Position numbers and translations under genes: made by a program. DNA of 63,389 bases, counting the filler, from Basidiobolus ranarum (Eukaryota), in the NCBI GenBank assembly GCA_040143965.1. It is 52 parts of 52 records of this genome, joined end to end, with 100 filler letters (N's around TTAATTAATTAA, not from the genome) between each part and the next. Parts side by side here need not be neighbours in the genome. Positions count along the whole stretch, not along the records: positions 1 to 1,128 come from JASJQH010013189.1; positions 1,229 to 2,355 come from JASJQH010013190.1; positions 2,456 to 3,582 come from JASJQH010013191.1; positions 3,683 to 4,809 come from JASJQH010013192.1; positions 4,910 to 6,035 come from JASJQH010013193.1; positions 6,136 to 7,261 come from JASJQH010013194.1; positions 7,362 to 8,487 come from JASJQH010013195.1; positions 8,588 to 9,713 come from JASJQH010013196.1; 44 more parts are not named here. One strand, given 5' to 3'. This document shows, piece after piece, positions 1 through 12,782 of this stretch. Numbering within the stretch: position 1 is the stretch's first letter; each line of letters opens with the position of its first letter. The notes under the pieces are model-generated. The model had not been told where the DNA came from. It saw only the letters and a program-made list of their open reading frames with translations, and searched no databases.

Positions 1-318
1 TTATCAAAATAGTAAACAGATAATAAACTATGGTAGTGTTTGATTGCAATGGAACATTGTGTCATGTTTATTGCAAGTATGGAATGTTCAACAATCATGT
101 TGAGACTGTGAAGAAGTAACCGTAAGTCACCTTTTGGCAAAATATGTGCCATGCATTACACATTATAAACACTCGCTGTTTCTTACTCAGCAGATCCCTA
201 ATCTAGGTAAGTGTTACTATGGTGCATCAGTCTATTAGCGATTAGGCATGCTAATAAGGGATATAACTTCAATAATTAGTACAAGTCCATGTGTATTTCT
301 TGCTCTATAACTTCAACA

Positions 319-544
319 GTAGATGTACACATCATCAACACCGGAGTCAATGTCAAACATTCCCACTTTGGATGTAGAGTCACTCTCCTAGTCACATTGA
401 TCACAGAACTTATGCTCAGTGAAAGGGTTTAGGTATAAGTCATCTCAGGACGTTGCTCAGAAAGCCAAGACCAGCGGTGGTAAGAGTATTGCCCACGTGC
501 CACTTGGTGGTGGTAATAGTGAGATCTTGAAACAAGCTATTGAT
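319..544 (+). pseudogene. Degraded subtilisin (S8A, proteinase K-like) serine protease fragment
   Basis: 319..381 reads VDVHIINTGVNVKHSHFGCRV (cf. VDVYIIDTG...H.DFGGR, catalytic D->N); 449..544 in another frame reads DVAQKAKTSGGKSIAHVPLGGGNSEILKQAID (cf. ANMSLGGG); the catalytic His segment is missing. Confidence 0.6.
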
Positions 545-1128
545 ATTCATCGTCCCTAAGCGTACATGAAATAATCTACTAGTTATAATAACCCTGAATA
601 GAAAGGATCCTAACCAAAAGATATCTAACCCAAAATCAACATGGGTGCAGGATGTAGGGAAAGAAGGAAGATGTACACCTTCAATATTAAAGGGAGAATG
701 TATTATTACCTAGCCCTAAATGTTGTCGATTGATCCTGCGCTTATATTATTGATTACTGACTGATTGACCAGTTTTTCTTGTTGTTTGCCTAGTCATTGA
801 GATACATGCACATCAATATTGACAAAATAACCCCGGTTCTACTACTCAGCCACATTTGACTCTTCAAAGTGGTTATAGTCTAGCTCTGCATTAATCCGCA
901 ATCCACTCACTAGGCACTCACTGAAACACACTTTCACTATTGGTTCAGTTTGTACCTTTATAAAATTACTATTTCACGCTCAATGCTGATGAAGCCTGGT
1001 GTATCTGGTATCCTTGCAACACCAAGTCTGGCAGCCTGAAAATGTTTCTATCTACTCTATTTTGGCAAACCTACATGATCCTCAAGCTTATATTAGTAAA
1101 TTCTAATCAGCAACTATCTTCTTTTGAC

Positions 1129-1228
1129 NNNNNNNNNNNNNNNNNNNNNNNNNNNNNNNNNNNNNNNNNNNNTTAATTAATTAANNNNNNNNNNNNNNNN
1201 NNNNNNNNNNNNNNNNNNNNNNNNNNNN
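1129..1228. other. Artificial contig spacer, first of 51 identical N44-TTAATTAATTAA-N44 linkers recurring every ~1.22 kb up to 62175..62274
   Basis: Identical 100-nt unit with stops in all six frames; contig lengths fall monotonically from 1128 to 1115 bp. Confidence 0.99.
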
Positions 1229-2355
1229 CAGATAAAATTGATTTGTTCAGTATTGGATCTACCCTTTTGGATTGCAAAACCATCAGAGAACCATCACAAT
1301 TTTGGTGGCTTGCATTCTGCCAGGGAGTTTGATGGTGAGATGATGGATTGATGGTGGTATTTTGGTGGTATTCATATATGGTAAAATATTGATCCTCATA
1401 TTTGGAATGCTTTAATTACTTTCTAACAATTTTCTCAAAATTCTAATTTTTGAATGGAAACTAACTTGGTTTATTGCTGTAGGGATTCAAATTAATATGC
1501 ATGCCTTTATTTAGATATTTTAGGCTCTATAATCCACCCATGATCAGAATCAAAAAATACAAGAATCTTGTTGTGTTTAGTCTCTACATATGCACATACT
1601 TTTACTGAGCAGACATAACTCAACAACATCAGTATGCTTTATCAGCAAACTAATGGTGGAAAAATTGCTAAACATCTGAAATTTTAACTAGCACTGATAC
1701 TTGCCAAAAATATGACTCTTGTAACCATTCCCAATGAGAATATGCTCAAGGACTTTGGCAAATTATCAAAAAGATTTAAGACAAAATATCCTAAACTTGC
1801 AGTCAACAAAAGCCCTGCCACAAGTAGATGTATCATAGCTTGAATAGATTACCCCATTGCTAAAACAATAATTCTGTATATCTTGATCTATCTCACCCAG
1901 AAGTCTGTCTTGCAGCTTTCCTAGAAATACTGTCACATTATCACACATATAAATTAGTCCAAATTATAGAAGTACTTACTCTGTGTTGATGGATTGGGTT
2001 TTGTTGCTGTTATTGTGACCAAACAATGCAAACACCAATGAGCAAGTTAAAAAGAGCCCTTTGTTGAAAGGTTAATATACTCTGGAGTCTGCTTAACCCA
2101 CTTCATTACCTTCATCACTGATTTTGCTGATACATTGTTAATTACATTACCATATGGTAATGCTGACAAATTTGCAAGGAGCATCATTTCACCAGAGGTG
2201 CCCTCCATTAGGAGCTCCCAAAATGTATAGCAAGGGTCTATAATCTCTAAACATTCTGTAAGAAGCAGCAGGGAATGTATTGCATACCAGCACAGATTTA
2301 GTCCATCTTCTTTAGACCAGTAATAAAGTCTTTCATATCTAATTACAAGATCTCT
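1229..2355 (-). mobile_element. CMC/EnSpm element: transposase 3' part and right subterminal region
   Basis: Reverse complement of 56199..56957 and 3683..4680; contig starts a few bases inside the right TIR. Confidence 0.9.
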
Positions 2356-2455
2356 NNNNNNNNNNNNNNNNNNNNNNNNNNNNNNNNNNNNNNNNNNNNT
2401 TAATTAATTAANNNNNNNNNNNNNNNNNNNNNNNNNNNNNNNNNNNNNNNNNNNN

Positions 2456-3582
2456 TAGCCCTGATTAAAATATCAATCAGTCCCAAAATTGGGCCTATGT
2501 CTGCACAGCGCAAATACAAGCACCCAAGACTGGGAAAGAGGCCCTGAATGGCCCTCACACAAAATTTTGGAGATCTGCAATGACTCATGAGTACCAGGCT
2601 TTGATTGATAATCAAACTTGAATTTTAAACAACTTACCTGATGATAGAAAATCAATTGGCTGCTGGTGGGTGTTTAGAGTTAAATACAACTCTGATGGCA
2701 ATATAGAAAGGTACAAGACTAGATTAGCAGCCAAAGATTATTCCCAAACACCAGGAGTAGATTACACAGAAACTTTTGCTCCTGTAGCAAAGTTTAATTC
2801 AAATGGATTGATTTTAGCAATTTCAGCTCAATTTCAGTTTATTATACATCAAATGGATGAGAAAACTGCCTTTTTGAATGGTGAGCTTGCTGAGGAGATC
2901 TATATGGACCTGCCCAATGGATTTGTGGACCCAGAAAACCCAGAAAAAGCTTGCAGACTCCAGAAAACACTCTATGTCTTAAAACAATGTCAAAGAGCTT
3001 GGAATAGCAAGATAGACACTTTTTTGGAAACACTCAAATTCTAAAAGTGTAATGCTGACTATAGTATCTACTTCAGGCCAGATAAGACAAACCCAGTTTT
3101 ATTAGCCTTATATGTAGATGATCTTACTATAGCAACCAATGACTTGAAGACTTTGGAGAACACCAAATCCAGCTTATCTGCCAAATTCAAAATGACTGAT
3201 CTTGGTGAACTGACATACTATCTTGGAATCCAAATTAAGATAGATAGAACTACCAAAACAATAACTTTGAACCAGTTCAAGTATCTTCTAGATATACTAA
3301 AGAAGTTTAAAATGGAAAAATGTAATCCAATATCTACCCCAATAGAGACAAATCTTAACTTGACCAAAAATGGCTCAAATCAGATATTCTTGGATTCAAA
3401 TGAAAGCCAGAAATTTCCTTATCAATCTATGGTTGGTAGTTTAATGTATATCATGGTTGGAACATGGCCAGATATTGCATATTCTGTGGGAGTTATGTGC
3501 CAATATCTTCAAAATTATGGATCTGATCAAATCATAGCAGTTAAGCTGATTTTCAGATATTTCAAAGGTACTGTGGATCTAT
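2456..3582 (+). mobile_element. Ty1/copia reverse transcriptase fragment, decayed (LTR family A lineage)
   Basis: ERYKTRLAAK, DYTETFAPVA, HQMD.KTAFLNG, LYVDD, KMTDLG, PYQSMVGSLMY motifs with stops. Confidence 0.97.
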
Positions 3583-3682
3583 NNNNNNNNNNNNNNNNNN
3601 NNNNNNNNNNNNNNNNNNNNNNNNNNTTAATTAATTAANNNNNNNNNNNNNNNNNNNNNNNNNNNNNNNNNNNNNNNNNNNN

Positions 3683-4680
3683 CATCAACTCACATTGGCA
3701 GATTTCAGGCAGATATAGTGGCTGTGCAAAGATTTTGTAATTGGATATGAAAAGCTTTATTACAGGTTTAAAGCAGATAGACTGAATCTATGCTGGTATT
3801 CAATACATTCCCTAATGCATCTTCCACAATGCTTGAAGATTATAGGCCCTTGCTATATATTCAGGGAGTTCCCAATGGAACACACCTGTGCTGAAATGAT
3901 TTGCAATGTGAAACTATCTATATTACAATATGCTGATCTGATTAATAATATATCAGCCAAATTAGTGATGGATGTAATGTGCTGGTTAAAGGATGCTCTG
4001 GACTATATTAATCTTCCAACAAAGGGTTTTTTTCAATGTGCTCATAGGTTTTTGCATTGTTTGAGCACAATAGCAGCAACAGAACCCAGTCCATGAACTC
4101 AGAATAATTATTGCTTTAATTTGGACTAATTTGTTTGTGTAATAATCTCATGGTATTTCTAGGAAAGCTGCAACACAGACTTCTTGGTGAGATGAATCAG
4201 ATATGCAGTATTATTGTTTTAGCCATGGGGCAATCTATTCAAGCAATGACATATCTACTTGTGGCAGGATATTTGTTGACTGCAGGTTGGGGATAATTTG
4301 GCTGTATTCTTTGTGGAAATTTGCATAATCCAAGAGCTTATTCTCATTGTGAATAGTAACAAGAGTCAGCTATTTGCCAAGTGTCAGTGCTATTCCAAAT
4401 TTCAGATGTTTAGCAATTTTTCCAACATTAGTTTGCTGGTAAAGCATATTGATGTTGTTGAGTTATGTCTGATCAGTGAAGTATATGCATATATGGAGAC
4501 TAAACACAACAAGATTCTTGTATTTTTTGATTCTTGTTATGGCTGGAGTACATAGCCCAAATTGTCTAAATAAAGGCATGCATATTAATTTAAATTCTTA
4601 TAGCAGTAAACCCAGTAATTGGCCATTTGAAAATTAGTTTTTTGCAAAAATTGTTGGAAATTAAATAATGCATGCTTGTT
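3683..4680 (+). mobile_element. CMC/EnSpm transposase 3' half, decayed
   Basis: IHSL.HL..CL..IGPCY.F.EFPME motif (DUF4218-like region); homologous to 8588..9713 and 33050..34169. Confidence 0.88.
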
Positions 4681-4909
4681 GTGTCCAAGAGAAAAGTGGA
4701 TAAAAAGTCTTGAACTTTACTGAACCAAAGAAAACAGTTAAGTGCAGAATCTTAGAACTGTTTAAGCAGGATATATAAGCAGAGCAGATCTAACTAATAT
4801 ATGTCTTGGNNNNNNNNNNNNNNNNNNNNNNNNNNNNNNNNNNNNNNNNNNNNTTAATTAATTAANNNNNNNNNNNNNNNNNNNNNNNNNNNNNNNNNNN
4901 NNNNNNNNN

Positions 4910-6035
4910 CTTTGATCCTATCTCAAATTGCTCATTCATATTGATTTTTGCACTATATAGCTGAGTAAGTAGTTTTGGAATGTTGTTGAGTAATAAATGC
5001 GTAGTGCCAAATGGGAAGCTCTGGCTCTAGCTGATCCCCTTTAGCAATATAATCATAGGCTTCTGGCTAATACCAAGTTTGATGTTAGACTGACTATTTG
5101 GTGAATGGATATCAGTAATCATGTTGAAATCTGACCAGGCTCCTGATAGTAAAATCATGGAGTTTAGTGTTGGATTTGGATAGGAGTAATACAAATGTTG
5201 GATAGAGTAAACTCCATTGATTTGACAAAATCTACAGCAAGATAGTGCATTGTGCCTGCAAAAACCTCCATCTTAACTGATGGCAGGAGAGTCACCAATA
5301 CATACAATGATTTTAGCATTAATAAAACTGTTCAGAAGGAGGAAGATTTAAGTTGATTAAAATTATTGACCCACAAGCCTCTCCAACAGTATATTTGCAT
5401 AATGAGAAACCATCCAGAGCCAATGCAAATGCATGATCATACATGTTCTCAAAGAACTCTGGACTTTTCAGATTCTGGTAGTGATATCAATAATGTATAT
5501 TGATAATACCATCAGCTTTATGGTATGTACTTTGGTATAGGTTTAATGATCTATATTTGGATGATTTCATCAAAACTTTAAGATGGGGAATCAATGGTAT
5601 GTAAGCAAAATATGAGTGATATTTACCTGATTCAGTGATTCCCAATTGTGTGCAAACAGTACATGACTTCAGGTTTTTCAGATCACCGGTGAAAGCCAAA
5701 CAACCATTTCAACATGAAGGTAGTTTAATTACTGAAGGATTATAAGTAATACATTTGACAAGTGTTTTCCACTTGTACCAGGTCTATGGCAAGCAACTGT
5801 TGCCAATCAATTGTGGTAAAAGTGTAAGAAAACCAATAAACACCTGGTTCCTCAGATTGAATAGAATTCTCCACTACTCAATAATCAAGGCTGCTTCCTT
5901 TACAGTAAGTGTTTTGAGTTGACTAATGTTTGCCAATACAAAGAGTATATCCAAAACAAAACTGCCATCTTCTTCTTCAACTTCTGATATACTACTATTG
6001 GTAGTGGAATAACCAAGGTCAACATCTAGTAGCTA
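4910..6035 (-). mobile_element. CMC/EnSpm transposase middle region with internal deletions
   Basis: AFTGDLKNLKSCTVC, YIPLIPHLK and GDSPA..K motifs; homologous to 44026..45144. Confidence 0.9.
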
Positions 6036-6135
6036 NNNNNNNNNNNNNNNNNNNNNNNNNNNNNNNNNNNNNNNNNNNNTTAATTAATTAANNNNNNNNN
6101 NNNNNNNNNNNNNNNNNNNNNNNNNNNNNNNNNNN

Positions 6136-7182
6136 TGGGATATTGTGATGGAACAAAAGGGTTCAGACTATATGACACTAAAGGTAAGGCTAATCAAGTC
6201 AAGGGACATGGAATTTGCTGAAGAAGAAAAATATCCAATCAAAACAATCCAGTATCCCAAAAAACAACAGAAAATTGATGAAAATTCTTCTTTTTCTCAC
6301 CAGAGCCTGAACAGTGAGAAAAACATTGAAAATCTCTCACCTGCAGACTCCTCAACCAAGCCTGAGGTGTTTTCATTGTCTAAATTGATACCAGAAGTTA
6401 TAATGCCAATTTCCCATCTTAGGAGATCCAATCAGATGAGATCTCCACCTGATTACTACTCTTACACTAGTCAAAAGGAGCCTAGTGCTAATTTAGCCTT
6501 TTCTGATGAACTCAAATCAGTACAGGAGGCTATGGAGAGTCCCAACACAAAATTTTGGAGTGTTGCTATGGCAGAGAAGTATCAGTCACTCATAGAAAAT
6601 CAAACTTGGACTTTGGTTAAGTTATATGATGACAAAAATCAATTGGATGCAAATGGGCATTTAAAGTTAAGCAGCAAGCTGATGGATCTGTAGAAAGATA
6701 TAAAGCTAGACCTGTGCTCAAGAATACTCTCAAATGGAATAAGTGGACTACAACAAAACACTTGCTCCTGTAGCAAAGTGTCACTCCATCAGAACTGTAC
6801 TAGCAGTAGCAGCAAAACACAGCTTAAAAATCTATCAAATGGATGTTAAAGCTGCTTTTTTGAAGGGGGACTTGGAAGAGGATATATTCCTGGATCAACC
6901 AGATGGTTTTGTGGCTCCTGAGCACCCTGAAGCTGTGTGTCAGCTTCTAAAATAACTTTGGGGACTTAAACAATCACCCAGGGCCAGGTACACTAAGATA
7001 GATACATACTTGGAATCACTTGATTTCCAAAACTGTATGGCGAATTTTGGGATCTACTTTAAGACAGATAAAGACAGTAAGGTGATGCTTGCCTTATATG
7101 TAGATGATCCAATTATAGTTACCAATAATGATGAAGCTCTCAGGAACACTAAAAGATATCTATCAGTCCAATTCAAGATGAC
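6136..7182 (+). mobile_element. Ty1/copia integrase C-terminus to RT, decayed
   Basis: SRDMEF.E, AMAEKYQSLIENQTWTLV, YQMDVKAAFL.G, LYVDD; same family as 13489..14613. Confidence 0.96.
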
Positions 7183-7261
7183 TGTCATGATTCTGATCTT
7201 GGCATACTGATCCACTACAACAAGAACTTCTCTATTATTAGATTATGACATCATATCTGCT
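7183..7261 (+). repeat. 5' end of the gypsy LTR inserted into copia RT
   Basis: TGTCATGATTCTGATCTTGGCAT matches the LTR start after the gypsy PPT at 63367 and interrupts RT right after FKMT. Confidence 0.85.
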
Positions 7262-7362
7262 NNNNNNNNNNNNNNNNNNNNNNNNNNNNNNNNNNNNNNN
7301 NNNNNTTAATTAATTAANNNNNNNNNNNNNNNNNNNNNNNNNNNNNNNNNNNNNNNNNNNNG

Positions 7363-7470
7363 TCTGTCTCACTCTACCAAATGCTAGATGGTGCATGCTT
7401 ATTGGTTATTACCATATTGACGCTTTCTTGTCTGATCACTCGGATTTATAAGTGGTTGTATCGTAAATGA
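7363..7470 (+). CDS. Possible 3' end of a host gene with a C-terminal hydrophobic helix
   Basis: Open from contig start: SVSLYQMLDGACLLVITILTLSCLITRIYKWLYRK*; CpG-retaining contig; no family recognised. Confidence 0.3.
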   Translation, partial: SVSLYQMLDGACLLVITILTLSCLITRIYKWLYRK

Positions 7471-8304
7471 ACCGTAATGTCGGTAATTTTCTTGTGAATT
7501 CAATAAGAATTCTAAAAAATGAATTACATGTTATTTCTAGCTGATGTTTCATCTTACACTCTCTCCACTATCGGAACAGTGTGAGAAAACCTTGGGACAA
7601 GGAGATGCGGAATATGGGAAGCCTATTGTTGCGACAGGTTTCATGGCTTTGTTGACATTCATCAATGGTATGCAGTAAATGATATACCATTTTGGATGGG
7701 TGGCTACTAAAATAGTCTAGTATCAGTGCGGTATTCATAATGACAAATTTTGCAATTCTGCAGCGATAGAAATCAATACTATGGAATTGGTTTGCTGACT
7801 AAGTACTACACTCTCCAGGTGTACTCATAAGGCTAATACCTATTACGGAAAGGAAAAAATAGACTTGGACTATAGTAGAAAGTTTGCCAGGAAGCGTAGG
7901 AAGTCTTAGGGAGATATCAAGATATTGCTAATATTAGATTGAAATTTATAGCAAGCATGGCCATTTATTCTCGGCTTGTCATTGCAATAAGCCCTTCATT
8001 ACTTCAATGGGATAGTAAACAAGATTTCGATTGAAAGCCAAGATATATGAACAGGAATAGATCGCTTATGAATATAGCAAAGCAGCCACCAAGATCCAGG
8101 ACAAGATGCTTGTCTTAGTATGATGTAGATAGAGGTAACCTTACAAGTGTTTCCATATGACCCGTGCTGTCCCAATCTTTAATCTCTGTTAGCTCAATCG
8201 GGCTTACTCTCAGAAATCTGTATTTACATATGTACTAATCTAATAATGGTCACTGGGAAAGTTTAAGATATTACTATTTTATATCTCTATGTACTATACC
8301 ATAT

Positions 8305-8487
8305 TTACCAATCTTTGTACTGTATACAGTTGAGTCTGGATACTCCTTTAATGAATTTCTGGTTTTTGTTCCTGGGAACGATATTATACAACATACTACA
8401 AATAATTTGCGGAAATTTTTGTTGCCCATATTTACCGTCGGCTTTGGGGGTTTTGTTACATCTGTCCCAAGTGTCTTTAAACTTTGT
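8305..8487 (-). CDS. Possible 3' end of a host gene, unknown product
   Basis: Open from contig end: TKFKDTWDRCNKTPKADGKYGQQKFPQIICSMLYNIVPRNKNQKFIKGVSRLNCIQYKDW*. Confidence 0.35.
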   Translation of the reverse strand, partial: TKFKDTWDRCNKTPKADGKYGQQKFPQIICSMLYNIVPRNKNQKFIKGVSRLNCIQYKDW

Positions 8488-8587
8488 NNNNNNNNNNNNN
8501 NNNNNNNNNNNNNNNNNNNNNNNNNNNNNNNTTAATTAATTAANNNNNNNNNNNNNNNNNNNNNNNNNNNNNNNNNNNNNNNNNNNN

Positions 8588-9713
8588 TACCATCATGAGC
8601 CCGGTTAGATTTCAATATGATCACTGATATCAATTCACCAAATAGTCAGTTTAACATTAAGCTTGGTATTAGCCATCATCCTAAGATTATACTGCTAAAC
8701 GGGATTAGCTAGAGCTGGATCTTCCCATTGGGCACTATGCACTTACTATTCAACAACATTCCAATACTGCTTACTCAGCTATATAGTGGAAAAATCAAGA
8801 AGAATGAGCCATACATAATAGGATCAAAGTTTGAATTGATTAGGAAAATGCTTGAAAACATCAAGAAACCATCATATTTTACCAGCACTCCCATTGATAT
8901 CCATTGATCTAGGCATTTATTCAAATACGAAGACTGGAAGTATTGGATTTGAATATATTCAAGTAGAATTTTGAAAAGAATTCTGCCTGATAAGTATTGG
9001 CAACATTGAGAGTTGTTTGTTGCTATTGTTAATAGATTCTTATGGTATCAACTCACATTGGCAGACCTCAGGCAGATAAAGCAATTGTGCAAAGATTTTG
9101 TAATTGGATATGAAAAATTTTATTACAGGTTTAAGGAAGATAGATTGAATCCATGCCAGTATTCAATACATTCCCTGCTGTATCTTTCACAATGCTTAGG
9201 CTTCATAGGCCCTTGCTATACATTCTGGGAGTTCCGAATGGAGTGCCCCTTTGGTGAAATGATGCTCTGTGTGGAATTGACAGTAATACTGTATGCTAAT
9301 CTGATTACCAATGTATCATCAAAATCAGTGACAAATGAAATGCAATGGGTTAAGGAGACTCCAGAGTTTATTAACCTGATAACAAAGGGCTCTTTTCAAT
9401 GTGCTCTTGTGTCTTTGCATTGTTTGAGCGCAATAACAGCAACAAAGCCCAATCCATGGACACAGAGTATGTACCTCCATAATTGGACTAATTTGCTTGT
9501 GTGAAAATCTGATGGTAATTTTAGGAAAGCTGCAAGATAGACTTCTTGGTGAGATTGATCAAGATATGCAGTATTATAGTCTTAGCCATGGGGTAATCTA
9601 TTCTAGCAATGACACATCTACTTGAGGCAGGACATTTGTAGACTGCAAGTTGGGGATATATTGGCTGAATTCTTTATGGAAACTTGCCAAAATCCATGAG
9701 CTTATTCTCATTG
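8588..9713 (+). mobile_element. CMC/EnSpm transposase C-terminal half
   Basis: ORF 9013..9504 FVIGYEKFYYRFKEDRLNPCQYSIHSLLYLSQCLGFIGPCYTFWEFRMECPFG. Confidence 0.9.
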
Positions 9714-11038
9714 NNNNNNNNNNNNNNNNNNNNNNNNNNNNNNNNNNNNNNNNNNNNTTAATTAATTAANNNNNNNNNNNNNNNNNNNNNNNNNNNNNNN
9801 NNNNNNNNNNNNNAGCGCAGAGGTTCAAGCAAAGTTCCTTCCGTGGAAATATCAAGGAGACAACAAAAGTAATCGAAGCAAATCAGCATGTACTGCTTCA
9901 AACCTAGGCAACTGCTGAATACTCCTGTTAATACTTACATTATCCTATCTTTACTGCTTAGCACATCATGCAAAATTGATATGGATTGCAGTTAAATACA
10001 GCATAAATCACATTAGTTAGATCATGATTGCTTATGTGTTTATGAAACACTGATAGCATGAAATTGTCATATATCAAAAAAATTAGTGATAGACTATTAA
10101 TACAAGCAATTTGGTTACAATCAAATGAAAAATATCTGTCAATAAAAAGCTTGCGCAGCCGTATTGGCTCAATATGGCTCAATCCGTTCACATTTTCACC
10201 CAATTAGAAGCTTACATGTTTGAAAGAATAATTTGCTGATCTAAAAGTGATGAATCAAGCAATCCTGATCACTACTATCATACTGCAGATTGATCCATCA
10301 TCAAGTACTGTGATTTGTCACCAGTGTGCCAAAACTACTGGTGTTTTGTAATACAGGAGCTGTTGTGCCCATTTGAAAATCAGGATACTGTGTTAGTGAA
10401 GGACAAATGATTGGCCTAAAAACATGTGAATGTCTTGGTTATACTCTTGATTGGGTAAGTTACAGTATAAATAGTTTATTGTTACACATTCAGTAATTTG
10501 TAAGTTACACATTAGGGGATAAACTTACTTTGTCAGTTACCCAAAGTTGTAATTTGGCAATAATAAATTGGGTAACTTGGTATGGGCGGGCATGATATCT
10601 CCAATATAATCATTGTGTCCAATTGTGGTGGGATAGTGCCATATTGTTCCTTATTGTGTCCGATTGAGTGCTCAGCCATGGTAATTGACAGATTGCACTA
10701 GATGGGATACTAGCAGGCTGGATCAAGTGGCACAATCTGACCCGGTCCAATGGAACAAGTCTTATGAAGTGAGTAATATAGAGTTGGGCCTGTAGTTTCT
10801 TGATCATCTTTACAGCTCCAAGTAGTTCTCGCTTGCTCTGGGACTATCTCTGCTCCCAGGGTTGAATAAGCAGCTTTCATATCTGCAGGAATGTTGGTTG
10901 CCTGCTTCATCATTCTGGCCTAAAAGGGCACCTGCTCANNNNNNNNNNNNNNNNNNNNNNNNNNNNNNNNNNNNNNNNNNNNTTAATTAATTAANNNNNN
11001 NNNNNNNNNNNNNNNNNNNNNNNNNNNNNNNNNNNNNN

Positions 11039-11876
11039 GTCAGATATACTGGCAAAAAAGCTTAATTCCATCATGGAACCAGGTACACCAGTTGGATGAG
11101 TGCTAAATTTGGAGGTTTATCCAATACCTGGCACTTCTCAACAAGCCAAGACTGCAGCAAATAAAGCTCACTGCTCTCCAATCTCAACTGGTACTTTTCA
11201 AAGTGTTGAAGTTAGCCTCAAGGTTAAAGGCAAGCAAAAAGCTGCACAACAACCACAAAGCACCCTCAGTAGTGTCACACTACAAGGACATACAAAAATA
11301 GTCAAAGTGCTTGAGGAGTATGTTTGAAAGTGTGAAGGGAAAAATGCATTGCAAGTATGTAGAAAGTGGCTTCAGAAGAAGAACATTCAACTTGACATTC
11401 AGTCTGGTGTTGACCATGCATATATCTGGGAAGAACTTAATACAGAGTGGCACAATATTTACGGTATCTGCCAGATAGTTGGAAGAATGATGATTCAGCA
11501 ACATTAAGGCAATGGTGGGCTTTGAGGGAGATATTGATACAAACTTGTGATGAATATGAGCTAAACCTTGGGTATGAAGAACTCTGTAAAAATATTCAGG
11601 AGAATAGATCAAAGAGACTAGGGATTTTGGAGGTGACCAATTAGTGATCAAGTGGTAAATGTTTTGCACATGTATTGATCCATAGTTCTCTGAGATTGTA
11701 GCCAATCATGCGCAACTATTTTGTGAGATCTTGAAATTTCACTCCTGATGCTGAAAAAATTGATCAAAATCATATTTAACTTGACAATTTTATGATGGTA
11801 AGTAAATGGTCAATTGCAAATGGATTAAAATTGTGATAGTTTTCCTGCAATAAAAATCCTCAAATTTCTGTTAGGG
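11039..11876 (+). mobile_element. CMC element ORF2 3' part and left terminus ending TTTCTGTTAGGG
   Basis: Same block and same terminus in 7 contigs, each followed by a different flank. Confidence 0.85.
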
Positions 11877-12163
11877 TTCTTGGAACCTTTGATTGTGGAA
11901 TTTGAATGGTTGTCCAATGGTGCTCAGATGGGTTAAAAATTTTTAAAGTTAATATTGTTGTATGTATTGGTGACACTACCACCATTAGTAAACTTGGAGG
12001 TTTTCATGGGCACAATGCACTCTCTTACAGTAGATTTTGTCAAATCAATGGAGTTTACTCTACTATTCAAGTGCATTACTGCTATCCAAATATAACACTA
12101 AGCTCCATGATTTTACCATCAAGAGCCCAGTCAGATTTCAACATGCTCACTGATATCAATTCA
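11877..12163 (+). mobile_element. CMC transposase fragment acting as the insertion target
   Basis: FLEPLIVEFEW, CIGDT..ISKLGGF.GHNALS.SRFCQ motifs begin immediately after the GGG tip. Confidence 0.88.
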
Positions 12164-12782
12164 NNNNNNNNNNNNNNNNNNNNNNNNNNNNNNNNNNNNN
12201 NNNNNNNTTAATTAATTAANNNNNNNNNNNNNNNNNNNNNNNNNNNNNNNNNNNNNNNNNNNNCACTAGGATCTACATTTTCAAGAGTAGTGAGATAAAA
12301 TCCACCAAATACAAATAGCCATGCATCATTGGCAGCACAACTGTTTCCACCAATTGGCAATCAGATTGCATTTGCGGGAAAGATGGGGATTGCTTGCATT
12401 TGACAACCAATATTACTATAGGTTGCAATTTGCTGAATATAGCAATTTGGTCTTCCTATTCTCCAGTCAATTGTTAAATTCCTCTGCTGTAAACGCTCAT
12501 GTGAGAAGCCACCAAACATGATGACGCACTTCATCAAGGGCGGAACTGCCATGCATGAATAACCTTGTCCAGATATCTCGGCTAACATTATCATAAGTGG
12601 TCCGATCTTTGTGCGTAACTCATAATAGGATACAGCTGACATTGAATAGCTAAGAGAAATTTTCAAACATGTAATCTCTTGTTAGTAGCACTCTATTTAT
12701 TTAACCATCTATGATGGTACAGCAAAACCAATACAAGCCTAATAAGATGAATATTGCATAATAAGCTTCATAATTTTTAAAC

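Noticed and set aside
11871-11880. piggyBac assignment for the CCC...GGG termini
   Set aside because: Flanks are not TTAA and the linked transposase has Transposase_21-type motifs
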